Source of the DNA: an uncultured Nitrospiraceae bacterium
Lineage (GTDB): Bacteria; Nitrospirota; Thermodesulfovibrionia; Thermodesulfovibrionales; Thermodesulfovibrionaceae
Length of the DNA stretch: 64,000 nucleotides
Reading direction: 5' to 3'
Assembly: GCA_937139565.1 (NCBI GenBank)
Contig: CAKZQH010000106.1
Span: forward strand, 9,289 to 73,288
The notes below the pieces were generated by a model. The model had not been told where the DNA came from. It did not search any database and was given only the letters and a program-made list of their open reading frames with translations. Positions 1 through 10,018 of this stretch are shown here, piece after piece. The translations under genes and the position numbers were made by a program. How positions within the stretch are numbered: position 1 is the stretch's first letter; every line of letters starts with the position of its first letter.

Positions 1-1
1 T

Positions 2-1306
2 ATTTGGAGTATTGAAGAGGCAAAAAATATAGGAGCAAGTCTTATCATAACCGTTGATTGTGGGATAAGAGATTTCGAAACAGTAGAATATGCAAAAAAA
101 GAGGGAATCGGAGTAATTATTACAGACCATCATGAGCCATTACGATTAGAGGATAAGGCTATTTTACCTGATGCACTGGCAGTAATAAATCCTAAGATTG
201 ATGATAAAATTGAATATAAAGCTCTTGCTGGGGTGGGTGTTGCTTTTATGCTTGCAATGGCCCTGGATAGAGAAGATTCAATCAAATATCTTGACCTTGT
301 TACTCTCGGAACTTATGCAGATATGGTTCCTCTTACCTATGCAAACAGAATATTGATAAAAAATGGATGGGAACTGATAGAGTCTCCTTCAAGAACATCT
401 TTGAGAATATTAAAAAATCTCTCGGGAGTAAATTCAAACTCTCTTAAAGGATTTCATTTAAGTTTTTGTCTTATTCCAAGAATAAATGCACCAGGAAGAG
501 TAGATCATGCAAAGAATGTGGTAAGATTTTTAATATCTGAGGATGAGCATGAGCTTGAAACATTAAGTCAATGGTTGAATCAGATAAATTCGTTAAGGCA
601 GAAAACAGAAGAAAAAATTCTTGCAGAGGTTGAGGAGAGATTGGAAAGAGAATTTAATGATGATCCGGTAATTGTAATGTGGGGTGAATGGCATCCAGGA
701 GTGGTTGGTACAGTGGCAAGTAAACTTGTTGATAAGTTCAACAGGCCTGCCTTTGTTTTCTCTCTTCAAGGCGAAAAGGCAAAGGGTTCTGCGAGAAGTC
801 CAGCTGGTGTTGATCTCCAGGAGTTTCTCAACAATTGCCGAGATTTGCTTTTAAGATTCGGAGGTCATAAACAGGCAGCAGGAATGACTCTGTTAAAGGC
901 AAATCTTTTAGCATTTAAGGATAGACTTTGCAGTATTGCCGATGATAGGATTGGAGAGGTTAAAAATGTGCTTTATTTAGATGCTGCTGTAAATCTCGGT
1001 GAGATTACAGAACAGGTAGCAGAGGAGATAAACCTTCTTGAACCCTTTGGAGAAGGTAATAGAGAACCTCTTTTTGGTGCAAAGGAATTGACGGTGGTAA
1101 ATTTGAGAAAAGTGGGGAATAATCACTTGAAAATGTTTTTAAGGCAAAATGGAACCAATCTTTCTGCAATAGGTTTTGACATGGGAAAAGAAAATATACT
1201 TGAGGGATCCCTTATAGATGCAGCCTTTACTCCTACAATTAATCAATGGGAAGGTATGAGGAGTCTTCAGTTGCAAATTAAAGCAATAAGAAGAGCTCAA
1301 AGATGA
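2..1306 (+). CDS. recJ: ssDNA-specific exonuclease RecJ (5' end outside window)
   Basis: Frame open from base 2: ITVDCGI, IITDHH, LGTYAD, PRINAPGR, GSARS, FGGHKQAAG (DHH/DHHA1 motifs). The ORF-track start at 233 is internal. Confidence 0.95.
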   Translation: MWSIEEAKNIGASLIITVDCGIRDFETVEYAKKEGIGVIITDHHEPLRLEDKAILPDALAVINPKIDDKIEYKALAGVGVAFMLAMALDREDSIKYLDLVTLGTYADMVPLTYANRILIKNGWELIESPSRTSLRILKNLSGVNSNSLKGFHLSFCLIPRINAPGRVDHAKNVVRFLISEDEHELETLSQWLNQINSLRQKTEEKILAEVEERLEREFNDDPVIVMWGEWHPGVVGTVASKLVDKFNRPAFVFSLQGEKAKGSARSPAGVDLQEFLNNCRDLLLRFGGHKQAAGMTLLKANLLAFKDRLCSIADDRIGEVKNVLYLDAAVNLGEITEQVAEEINLLEPFGEGNREPLFGAKELTVVNLRKVGNNHLKMFLRQNGTNLSAIGFDMGKENILEGSLIDAAFTPTINQWEGMRSLQLQIKAIRRAQR

Positions 1307-2097
1307 GAATTACGGTTGTTGATTTATTTGAGAAAAAAAAAGAGAAACGCAAAATTACAATGCTTACAGCCTATGACTATCCTTTTGCTAGTCTTGTGGA
1401 AGAGGCAGGCTTAGATATGATTCTTGTTGGAGACTCTCTTTCAATGGTTGTTCAAGGAAATGAAACCACTCTTCCTGTAACAATGGAAGAGATGATTTAT
1501 CATACAAAGATTGTAGTTAAAGCGACAAAGAGAGTAATGGTTGTGGCTGATATGCCTTTTATGTCCTATCAGGTGAGTGTAGAGGAGGCTATAAGAAATG
1601 CAGGCAGGCTCGTAAAAGAAGGTGGTGCCCAAGCAGTTAAGCTTGAGGGAGGAAGGGAGATTATTAATCATGTTAAAGGTATTACAGAAGCTGAAATACC
1701 TGTTATAGGCCATCTTGGTCTTACTCCTCAAGCTGTGCTTAGAATGGGAGGATATAAACTACAGGGTAAGGTTCCTGAGCAGGCAAAAAGAATTAAAGAG
1801 GATGCTTTAAGGTTACAGGATGCAGGTGCAGTTGCAATTGTGCTTGAAGTAATTCCTGCAGAGCTTGCAAAAGAGATAACAGAAAACCTTGAAATTCCTA
1901 CTATAGGAATTGGAGCTGGACCACACTGTGATGGACAAGTTTTGGTTATTCACGATTTGCTTGGTCTATTTGAAAGATTTACTCCAAAATTTGTAAAGAA
2001 ATATACCAACTTAAGAGAGGAAGCACTTTTGGCAATTAGAAAATATAAAGAAGAAGTGGAAAGTGGAAAATTCCCAGACGAGACACACTCATTTTAG
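1303..2097 (+). CDS. panB: 3-methyl-2-oxobutanoate hydroxymethyltransferase
   Basis: [40 protein letters not shown] motifs. Confidence 0.97.
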   Translation: MRITVVDLFEKKKEKRKITMLTAYDYPFASLVEEAGLDMILVGDSLSMVVQGNETTLPVTMEEMIYHTKIVVKATKRVMVVADMPFMSYQVSVEEAIRNAGRLVKEGGAQAVKLEGGREIINHVKGITEAEIPVIGHLGLTPQAVLRMGGYKLQGKVPEQAKRIKEDALRLQDAGAVAIVLEVIPAELAKEITENLEIPTIGIGAGPHCDGQVLVIHDLLGLFERFTPKFVKKYTNLREEALLAIRKYKEEVESGKFPDETHSF

Positions 2098-2107
2098 GGA
2101 GGAGGAA

Positions 2108-3319
2108 ATGTTATCACCTGATAAACAATTTGAAATCATAAAAAGAGGAACAGTTGAGATAATTCTTGAGGATGACCTTAAGAGAAAACTTGAATACTCT
2201 TATAAAGAAAAAAAACCGCTGAAAGTGAAAGTTGGCTTTGATCCCACGGCTCCAGATATTCATCTTGGACATACGGTTTTGCTTGAAAAAATGAGGCAGT
2301 TTCAGGAATTAGGTCATGAAGTAATATTTCTAATTGGTGATTTTACAGGTATGATAGGTGATCCTTCAGGTAAAACAGAGACCAGAAAGCCTCTTACAAG
2401 AGAAGAAGTGTTGAAAAATGCAGAAACCTATAAAGAGCAGGTTTTTAAAATATTAGACCCAGAAAAAACGGTTATTACCTTTAATAGCCAATGGTTTAAT
2501 TCGATGAGTGCACTTGATATGTGTAGACTAGCAGGCTCTGAAACAGTTGCAAGAATGCTTGAGAGAGAAGATTTTAAAAAGCGATTTAACGAGGGTAGAC
2601 CGATTACAATCCTTGAATTTCTCTATCCTCTCCTTCAGGCCTATGACTCGGTTTATTTAAAAGCCGATATTGAACTAGGAGGAACAGATCAGAAGTTTAA
2701 TCTCCTTATGGGCAGGCAGCTGATGAAGCAACATGGAATGCAGGAACAGGTTGTAATAATGATGCCGCTTTTAGAAGGTCTTGACGGTGTTCAAAAAATG
2801 TCAAAAAGTCTGGGTAATTACATTGGAATAAACGAACCTGCCAATGACATATTTGGTAAAATCATGTCCATTAACGATGAGTTGATGATAAAGTATTATG
2901 AACTTTTAAGTCACATATCGCTTGAGCAGTTTAATCTCCTTAAAGAAGGCATAAAAAACGGAAGCATTAATCCTCGAGATGCAAAAGAAGCCCTTGCGAT
3001 GGAAATTGTTGAGAGATATCATGGAAGACAAGAAGCAGAAAGAGCAAGGGAGAATTTTGAAAGAATTTTCAGAAAAAGAGATATTCCTGATGATATTCAA
3101 ACAATTGAAATAGAAGAAGAACAAGAGGGTGTATGGCTTCCAAAAATTCTTAAAGAACAAGGGCTTGTAAAGAGTACCTCTGAGGCAATAAGATTAATCA
3201 AGCAGGGTGGTATAAAACTCAATAATGAAACAGTTTCTGACAGCGACAAAAAACTTACGAAGGGCGAATATCTTTTAAAGATTGGGAAGAGAAAATTTTT
3301 GCGGGTAAAGATTGTTTAA
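2108..3319 (+). CDS. tyrS: tyrosyl-tRNA synthetase
   Basis: [13 protein letters not shown] (HIGH), [14 protein letters not shown]-terminal S4-like domain. ATG at 2108 follows GGAGG. Confidence 0.97.
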   Translation: MLSPDKQFEIIKRGTVEIILEDDLKRKLEYSYKEKKPLKVKVGFDPTAPDIHLGHTVLLEKMRQFQELGHEVIFLIGDFTGMIGDPSGKTETRKPLTREEVLKNAETYKEQVFKILDPEKTVITFNSQWFNSMSALDMCRLAGSETVARMLEREDFKKRFNEGRPITILEFLYPLLQAYDSVYLKADIELGGTDQKFNLLMGRQLMKQHGMQEQVVIMMPLLEGLDGVQKMSKSLGNYIGINEPANDIFGKIMSINDELMIKYYELLSHISLEQFNLLKEGIKNGSINPRDAKEALAMEIVERYHGRQEAERARENFERIFRKRDIPDDIQTIEIEEEQEGVWLPKILKEQGLVKSTSEAIRLIKQGGIKLNNETVSDSDKKLTKGEYLLKIGKRKFLRVKIV

Positions 3320-3326
3320 AAAAAAC

Positions 3327-3348
3327 AAGGAGGCGTTAAAGCCTCCTT
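3327..3348. terminator. bidirectional intrinsic terminator between tyrS and flgE
   Basis: AAGGAGGC-gttaaa-GCCTCCTT hairpin with an A-run on the left and T-rich tract on the right, between convergent genes. Confidence 0.8.
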
Positions 3349-3375
3349 TCATTTTGTTGGTTTTGGTTAAAAATT

Positions 3376-4635
3376 CTATCGAACTATATTCATCAACTCA
3401 TTTAACATGTTATCTGTGGTTGTTATAACTCTCACATTTGCCTGATATCCCCTCTGAGCTGCAATCATTCGGACAAACTCTTCTGCAAGATCAACATTAC
3501 TTGCCTCCAGTGAATTTGCATAAACCTCACCCATTCCTACAGTTCCAGGAGCTCCATAGGTTGGTCCACCTGAAGAATAGGACTCAAGATAAAGATTCTT
3601 TCCTGCTTTCATAAGATTATGTGCTGCAACAAATTTAGCAAGGACAACTTGGGCTACATTTCTTACCTGTCCATTGGTAAAAACACCGGAAATTACGCCA
3701 TCTTGATCAACTGTTACAGCAATCAGATTACCGGCAGTGTAGCCGTTCTGATTTTGAAATACAACTGCATTAGGAGCACCATACTGAGTGGTATTTCTAA
3801 AATCTATGGTAACTGCTTGAGGTGTGGTTGCTCCCCATCCTGAAAAATCGAAATTTACAGATGTTGTGGGAGGAGTATTTGTTAGAACTCCATTTGAGTC
3901 AAATTGAAGTGTATAGGGTCCTGTTACCTGATAATCACTCACAGTTGGATCTGCGTCAGCATCATAGGTAAAATAGGCATCCCAGGTGTTTGGAGTGGAG
4001 CTTTTTACTAGATAGGTATATACTAGATGAGGATTTCCGAGACTGTCGTATATGGTAATTGCTGTTGAATAGTTGTACTGATCTGAGGACGGCAGGTTTG
4101 CACCTCCAGTATATGTCCAGGTTTTTGCTTCATCCCTTGAGTCAAGATTTAGCTGCATATTTATTGTAGAGGTAGCTGATGGTTCACTCATTAGTCCTGC
4201 AAGATACACATCTCCTATGCCACCAGTCACATTTCCTTGAGCATCCATCTGATAAGCCTGAAGTAAATATCCATTTGCATCAACCACATAACCATCTTTG
4301 TTTATCCTGAACTGACCTGCTCGAGTATAATAGGTTGGTCCATTTTCCTGTCTTACTACAAAAAATCCATCTCCTTCTATGGCCAAATCAAGAGGATTCG
4401 CAGTAGTTTCAAGGGTTCCCTGTGTAAAAAGTTTCTGAATATCAATAATCATTGCTCCTCGACCTACCTGCATTGCAGAGGCGCCACTCAGGGTTTGGCT
4501 CAGTATGTCTCCAAAATTTGCTCTACTGCCTTTGAATCCTACAGTATTTGCATTGGCTATATTATCACCTACTACTGAAAGTGCTAGTGCATTAGCATTT
4601 AAACCGCTTATTCCTGTAAATAGCGAAGTTAACAT
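3376..4635 (-). CDS. flgE: flagellar hook protein
   Basis: SGL...VGDNIANANTVGFK N-terminus, YTRAGQF, LEASNVDLAEEF...QRGYQAN C-terminus. Confidence 0.95.
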   Translation of the reverse strand: MLTSLFTGISGLNANALALSVVGDNIANANTVGFKGSRANFGDILSQTLSGASAMQVGRGAMIIDIQKLFTQGTLETTANPLDLAIEGDGFFVVRQENGPTYYTRAGQFRINKDGYVVDANGYLLQAYQMDAQGNVTGGIGDVYLAGLMSEPSATSTINMQLNLDSRDEAKTWTYTGGANLPSSDQYNYSTAITIYDSLGNPHLVYTYLVKSSTPNTWDAYFTYDADADPTVSDYQVTGPYTLQFDSNGVLTNTPPTTSVNFDFSGWGATTPQAVTIDFRNTTQYGAPNAVVFQNQNGYTAGNLIAVTVDQDGVISGVFTNGQVRNVAQVVLAKFVAAHNLMKAGKNLYLESYSSGGPTYGAPGTVGMGEVYANSLEASNVDLAEEFVRMIAAQRGYQANVRVITTTDNMLNELMNIVR

Positions 4636-4651
4636 GCTTTTTCACCTCCTT

Positions 4652-5065
4652 CTAAGCTTTTATTTCCTTAATTTGACTCATGCTTATATACTTATTGCCA
4701 GTGTTTATCTTTAGTATTCCGTCTTCTATGGCAATCCCTTGAGCCTTATATTCTATTCCATCGGTAGTTATAATTGTCTTACCTATTATGCTTGAGCCAA
4801 TCATAAGTGCATTAGAGTAAATTTGATAGTTTGAGAGTTTTTCTAAGGTGTCACTAATGTTCATGACCTGTTCAAGGGCCGAAAACATAGTAAGTTGGCC
4901 AATAAACTCTACATTATCGAGAGGATTAAGAGGATCCTGATATTTTAACTGGGCTGTAAGAAGCTTTAGAAAGGCTTCTTTGTCAACCTCACTCTTGCCT
5001 GTAGCAGATGATTTTGTCTGGACTGTGTAAAGTGGATTATCAAAGATACTTGTTATATCTGCCAT
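4652..5065 (-). CDS. flgD: flagellar hook capping protein (short form)
   Basis: FLKLLTAQLKYQDPLNP, FIGQLTMFSALEQ; directly upstream of flgE. Confidence 0.92.
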   Translation of the reverse strand: MADITSIFDNPLYTVQTKSSATGKSEVDKEAFLKLLTAQLKYQDPLNPLDNVEFIGQLTMFSALEQVMNISDTLEKLSNYQIYSNALMIGSSIIGKTIITTDGIEYKAQGIAIEDGILKINTGNKYISMSQIKEIKA

Positions 5066-5074
5066 TTTTACCTC

Positions 5075-6118
5075 CTATGCAAAATATTCAAAAAATTTTT
5101 GATTACCCTTGTATCTTTTCTGCCCTTGATTGTTATAGGAATCACTATATCCTTTTTGATCCCTTGTCAAATCAAGAAGAAAATCAGAAACCTTTACTCC
5201 CGATTGCTGAAGATTGCTCCTAATCTCTGGTATTAATCCTGCTATCATATCCTTTACATGGGGATAGTCAACTTTCATATCTGCCTTTATTGCACCGTTA
5301 TCAAGAAATAACTTGATTAGAATCCTTCCTAACTCTGGTGGCTCAAGTTGGACAGTTAATGTTTTCTGAGATGAGGAGATAGCTTTAAAAATGACATCCG
5401 AGATTGTATGAAGTCTTGTTATTGGCAGTTCAATTTTTGCTTCATTATTGCCATTTGTCGTTATTATGTTTGAGATATTAAGTTGAGTAGAATTTTGCTC
5501 TACCTGTTGTGTCTTTCTTTCTGAATTATTGGAGATAGAAGTGATAAGTTCTTCATTAGCAAAGGATAAAACTTTTTCAACTCCTAGTGTCTTTGAATCT
5601 AATAAAGATTTTTCTGCGATCTCCTTTGTTAATCCGATTTCCAATTGACTGTTCAAAGTCTTTTCATCTGTTAATTGAGAGATGGTCTTGTCTATAACTG
5701 AGTTATTGTTATTATTAATAGGGGTTTTAAGTTTGACGATCAAATCTTCATTATTGGTATTTTCAAAAACGAAATTTTTTCCAATATTCTCAGATATTTT
5801 ATCAATTAATTCTGAAATCTCACTAGAATTACCATTGGGCTGGATTAATTCTAGAAAAGAGTCCATTGAAGATACATCTTGTTTTAAAAGTTCCATTATA
5901 TGTGTTAAATTTTGCTCGTTTGAGCCATAGGGAAGAAAAGGTAAAAATTGAATTGGTAATATCATCAGATTGTTATCTAAGGATAGGTCCTTGTTTTCAA
6001 ACAGGATTTTAAGGAGTTCATTAAAGAGATTGTTAAATGATGTATTTTGAGCCTCTCCTGTCTGCCCATCTGGAGTTACATTAATAAGATTGAGATTTAT
6101 GTTTCCACTTATCATCAT
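5075..6118 (-). CDS. fliK: flagellar hook-length control protein
   Basis: Low-complexity N-terminus, C-terminal VQLEPPELGRILI...LQQSGVKV domain; upstream of flgD. Confidence 0.88.
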   Translation of the reverse strand: MMISGNINLNLINVTPDGQTGEAQNTSFNNLFNELLKILFENKDLSLDNNLMILPIQFLPFLPYGSNEQNLTHIMELLKQDVSSMDSFLELIQPNGNSSEISELIDKISENIGKNFVFENTNNEDLIVKLKTPINNNNNSVIDKTISQLTDEKTLNSQLEIGLTKEIAEKSLLDSKTLGVEKVLSFANEELITSISNNSERKTQQVEQNSTQLNISNIITTNGNNEAKIELPITRLHTISDVIFKAISSSQKTLTVQLEPPELGRILIKLFLDNGAIKADMKVDYPHVKDMIAGLIPEIRSNLQQSGVKVSDFLLDLTRDQKGYSDSYNNQGQKRYKGNQKFFEYFA

Positions 6119-6129
6119 GCCATTAGATA

Positions 6130-6145
6130 ATCAATTTAAATGCCA
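6130..6145 (-). promoter_or_regulatory. candidate sigma54 (-24/-12) promoter for fliK-flgD-flgE
   Basis: Minus strand TGGCAT-TTAAA-TTGAT with correct spacing; the -12 element deviates (GA for GC). Confidence 0.4.
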
Positions 6146-6221
6146 AAAAATATTTTTTAAGGGTGATTGAATTATAAGGATTTTTTTGAAATGGACAGTT
6201 TTTAAGGTAGGAAAAATTTGC

Positions 6222-6671
6222 CTATTTAGATGTTTTTTCCTTTACTGACACAAGTCTTTTTGACAGCACTGCTGCCTTTTCAGGATTAACATTGGCAAGT
6301 ATTTTTGCCGCTTGTCTTGGCTTTATGGCGAGAAGTAAGGTGGTGGCTGTGTCTTCATCGAGTTTTTCAAGTCTTGCTGCAGCTTCTTCAGGAGGCATCT
6401 GTTCATATATTTTTGCTAATCTTTGATAATTCTCTGTTTGAGCTTTTTCAAGTTGTGCTTTGAGTTCTTCCTGCTGTTTAATCTTAGCCTCTATTTCTTC
6501 TTTTAATTTTTTAAGTTCTTCAGTTTTCTTTGATAGGTCATCTCTGAGAATTTTCATTCTTTCCTCTTCAATAGTGGTTGTCTTTTCCATGCCTTGTTGG
6601 CCTATAAGGGTGCCAGCTGTAATTCCAATTATAAAAATAAGCATTGCCAGTATTATAGCCCTCTTTATCAT
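6222..6671 (-). CDS. MotE/FlbB-like flagellar protein (MgtE N-terminal-like domain)
   Basis: N-terminal TM, coiled coil, RLAKIYEQMPPEEAAARL...KPRQAAKILA; position after fliJ. Confidence 0.8.
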   Translation of the reverse strand: MIKRAIILAMLIFIIGITAGTLIGQQGMEKTTTIEEERMKILRDDLSKKTEELKKLKEEIEAKIKQQEELKAQLEKAQTENYQRLAKIYEQMPPEEAAARLEKLDEDTATTLLLAIKPRQAAKILANVNPEKAAVLSKRLVSVKEKTSK

Positions 6672-7102
6672 GGCAAAACACCATAACGAGTAATTAAAAT
6701 ATCTGTTAGAGCCTTCTCTTCCATTTTTTCTCTTTCAGTTTTTATGCTTATTTTTATCTTGTCGCAAAGTTGTTCGATTTTTTTTCTCTCTTTGTATGCT
6801 TCTTCATAAACCTGCCTTTGTGCTTCAATTTCTTTGTCCAGTTCGTTCAAAATTTGAAGCAAATCTGCTCTTTTTTGCGTAAGATATTCAATTTCTGAAT
6901 ATATTCTGTTTAACCTTAGGGAAGATAAAAATTTTTGCTCTTCCTGTTCTGTCTTTGATAAAAAATCAAATCTTTCATTAATTTCTCTTAATTGAATTTC
7001 TATTCTGTATCTCTTAGAAATAAGCTCGGCAAATTTTTCCTTTTCTCTTTCTTCATCCCATTCTTTTAATTTAAAAATCATATTTAATGCCTTTGTGTTC
7101 AT
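6668..7102 (-). CDS. fliJ: flagellar export chaperone FliJ
   Basis: 144-aa charged coiled coil right after fliI, ending KERKKIEQL...EEKALTDI. Confidence 0.8.
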   Translation of the reverse strand: MNTKALNMIFKLKEWDEEREKEKFAELISKRYRIEIQLREINERFDFLSKTEQEEQKFLSSLRLNRIYSEIEYLTQKRADLLQILNELDKEIEAQRQVYEEAYKERKKIEQLCDKIKISIKTEREKMEEKALTDILITRYGVLP

Positions 7103-8415
7103 GATTCATCAAAAAGTTTATAAAGCGCACTTAGAGTATCTTCAAAATTTGCCTTTTCGTTTATATCCTGTTTTAAAAAAGTGTTAATCCTATCAATCAT
7201 CTTTAGGGCAAGATCAACCTTTGCATTTGTTCCTTCTTTGTAAGCACCTATATTGATAATATCTTCATACTTTGCATAAACTGCAAGCATGTCAAGAAGT
7301 TTTCCAGCATACTTAAGATGTTTTTCATGAACAATTTCTTTCATTACTCTGCTTATACTTTTCAGAGGATCAATGGCAGGATAGTGATTTCTGTTAGCAA
7401 GCTCTCTTGAAAGAACTATGTGTCCATCAAGGATAGAACGGGCAGAATCAACAACAGGATCAGTCAGATCATCTCCTTCAACTAATACAGTATATATTCC
7501 AGTAATTGAGCCACCGCTTTTTGTTACTCCAACTCTTTCAAGAAGCTTGGGCATTAATTTGAAAACACTGGGAGGATATCCCTTCATTGTTGGAGGTTCT
7601 CCTGCAGCTAAACCTATCTCTCTTTGGGCCATAGCAAAACGAGTTAAAGAGTCCATTAACAGAAGAACATCCTTTCCCTGTTGTCTAAAATACTCAGCAA
7701 TGGCTGTTGCTAAAAAGGCTCCTCTTATTCTTGCAAGAGCAGGAGTATCTGAGGTGGAAACTACTATAACAGATTTTTTAATACCCTCTGCAAGATCGTT
7801 TTTTATAAATTCCTTAACCTCTCTTCCTCTTTCTCCTATAAGAGCAATAACATTTACATCAGCAGAAGTATATCGTGCAATCATTCCAATAAGGACACTT
7901 TTACCCACTCCACTTCCTGCCATAATACCAATTTTTTGCCCCTTTCCACAGGTAATAAGGGCATTTATAGCTTTTATGCCAAGGTCAAGAGGTTCTTTAA
8001 TTATTTCTCTTTCAAGAGGATTAATTGCTTCGCTGTAAATTGGAAATGGTTTGCCTCTTATTGGGGGCCCATCATCTAAAGGATTTCCGAGACCATCAAT
8101 AGTTCTTCCAAGAATATGGTCGCTTAGTTCAATATAACTTTGTCTACCCTTAAGAGCAATTTTAGCTCCTGGTCTTATTCCATAAATTTCTCCAAGAGGA
8201 GAAAGAAGAATTACACCATTTTTGAAGCCTACAACTTCTGCCTCTATTTTGTTGCCTTCAGTGATAATTTCGCAGATATCTCCAATGCTTGCCTTTATGC
8301 CTGTACCTTCAATAATAAGACCTACAGCCTTGGTTACCTTCCCATAGATTTTTACTGTTTTGACCTTCTCCAAAATATCTTCACTTTTGCTGAGTAATGA
8401 GTGTATTGATTGCAT
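7099..8415 (-). CDS. fliI: flagellar export ATPase
   Basis: Walker A AGSGVGKS, LIGERGREV, LLMDSLTRFAMAQREIGL. Confidence 0.97.
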   Translation of the reverse strand: MQSIHSLLSKSEDILEKVKTVKIYGKVTKAVGLIIEGTGIKASIGDICEIITEGNKIEAEVVGFKNGVILLSPLGEIYGIRPGAKIALKGRQSYIELSDHILGRTIDGLGNPLDDGPPIRGKPFPIYSEAINPLEREIIKEPLDLGIKAINALITCGKGQKIGIMAGSGVGKSVLIGMIARYTSADVNVIALIGERGREVKEFIKNDLAEGIKKSVIVVSTSDTPALARIRGAFLATAIAEYFRQQGKDVLLLMDSLTRFAMAQREIGLAAGEPPTMKGYPPSVFKLMPKLLERVGVTKSGGSITGIYTVLVEGDDLTDPVVDSARSILDGHIVLSRELANRNHYPAIDPLKSISRVMKEIVHEKHLKYAGKLLDMLAVYAKYEDIINIGAYKEGTNAKVDLALKMIDRINTFLKQDINEKANFEDTLSALYKLFDES

Positions 8416-9058
8416 TTTCTATTTCCTTAAGTTTTTCTTCCACTGATGCCACTATCTGCAGTGACTCAGTCTCTATACTACAGTCTCCTCTTTTTATTTT
8501 TTCAGAGGCTTCTATCTGAACTTTATGAGGATCAATTTGCAATTCTGAAAGATTATTAGTTATGAAGTCGTAATCCTCTGGATTGAGCTTAATCGTAATT
8601 TTTTCTTCGTTTACAGGGACAGCATTTAATGCTTCCTTTAGTATAGCAATTGTTACTTCTCTGTCCATAGAAATTTTACTTGCTACGATTTTTTCTGCTA
8701 TCTTAAATGAAAGCTTTAGAATTTGAGGAAGAAGAAAGTTTAACTGCTGTTGCTTAAAATTGGCTAATTCCTGTAAAAGTTTATTTAAAGTTCCAATTAC
8801 TGTATTTATTTCTTGTGTTTTAATCTTTAATTCTTCATTGCTTTTTTTTATTCCCTCTTTATACCCTTTATTAAATCCTTCTTCATAGCCCTGATTATAA
8901 CCTTTTTCATAGCCTTCCTTTAATTTTTGTTCGTATGTTTCTGTGCTTATTTCGGTTTTTTCCTCTTTAGGTTTTGACTCTTCCTTTGGTTTTTTTTTCT
9001 CATCAAAAGAGTAAGGAATAAAGGGTTTTACATTATCAGATGACCACTTCTTCTCCAC
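8381..9058 (-). CDS. fliH: flagellar assembly protein FliH
   Basis: GxxxG repeats (EGYEKGYNQGYEEGFNKGYKEG), KLNPEDY, RGDCSIET. Confidence 0.92.
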   Translation of the reverse strand: MEKKWSSDNVKPFIPYSFDEKKKPKEESKPKEEKTEISTETYEQKLKEGYEKGYNQGYEEGFNKGYKEGIKKSNEELKIKTQEINTVIGTLNKLLQELANFKQQQLNFLLPQILKLSFKIAEKIVASKISMDREVTIAILKEALNAVPVNEEKITIKLNPEDYDFITNNLSELQIDPHKVQIEASEKIKRGDCSIETESLQIVASVEEKLKEIENAINTLITQQK

Positions 9059-10016
9059 CCTTGCCTCCGATTACAATTTTGCCTTCTTCTTCTAATCTTC
9101 TCGCAATTCTTACAATGTTCATCTGGGCTTTTTCTACATCTGAAACTCGCACAGGTCCTTTTGCTTCCATTTCTTCTTTCAGAATTTCAACAGCCCTGCT
9201 TGACATGTTTTTAAATATTTTTTCTTTGAGTTCTTCAGAGGCCATTTTAAGTGCAAGAGCAAGGTCATCGGTGGATATCTCCTTAAGAATTGTTTGAATT
9301 CCTCTGTCATCAACTGAAATGAGGTCTTCAAAGGTAAACATGAGCTTTCTAATTTCCTCTGCTAAAATAGGATCCTTTTCTTCTATATTTTTCAAGATTA
9401 GCTCTTCACTGGTTCTATCCATCTGGTTAAGAATTTCGGCAACAGTCTTTACTCCTCCAATTCTTCTCGACTGGGTGTATGAGCGGAGTTGACTCTGAAG
9501 CACATCCTCCAGTTCACTAAGTATTGTTGGAGAAATCTGGTCAAGATTGGCAATTCTTTGAGATATTTCAATTTTTAACTGTTCAGGGAACTTACTTAAG
9601 ACTTCTGCAGCCTGTGTGGGTTCCAGATGGGCTAAAACAATTGCAACTGTCTGAGGATGTTCTCTTTGAAGCATAGTAGCGATGGCCGATGCGTCAAGCC
9701 ATCTTAATATGTCAAAGGCAGAAGCACCACTTTCTATTTTGCTTATTAGTTTTTGCGCCTGTTCTTCTCCGAATGCTCTGGTAAGAATGCCTTTTATGTA
9801 TTCCACATCAACTCTTACAGGCGCAGTCCCTATTTTTTCAGCAAATTCCTGCAGAATGTTTTCTGCTTCCTCCTGGGTAAGTTTAATTCGAGACATCATA
9901 GGGATGATTCTTGCTAATTCTATAGGATCGAAATGTTTAAAAAGCTCTGTAGCCGCCTCTTCTCCAATAAGAGAGAGAAGGGCAGCTACTTTTTCTATTC
10001 CCGAGAATTTTCTCAT
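9036..10016 (-). CDS. fliG: flagellar motor switch protein FliG
   Basis: EHPQTVAIVL, GGVKTVAEIL, MFTFEDL, NMSSRA, GPVRVSDVEKAQ. Confidence 0.97.
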   Translation of the reverse strand: MRKFSGIEKVAALLSLIGEEAATELFKHFDPIELARIIPMMSRIKLTQEEAENILQEFAEKIGTAPVRVDVEYIKGILTRAFGEEQAQKLISKIESGASAFDILRWLDASAIATMLQREHPQTVAIVLAHLEPTQAAEVLSKFPEQLKIEISQRIANLDQISPTILSELEDVLQSQLRSYTQSRRIGGVKTVAEILNQMDRTSEELILKNIEEKDPILAEEIRKLMFTFEDLISVDDRGIQTILKEISTDDLALALKMASEELKEKIFKNMSSRAVEILKEEMEAKGPVRVSDVEKAQMNIVRIARRLEEEGKIVIGGKGGEEVVI

Positions 10017-10018
10017 TT

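Noticed and set aside
2063-2107. T-box leader for tyrS
   Set aside because: tyrS starts 10 bp after the panB stop; there is no room and no T-box motif.
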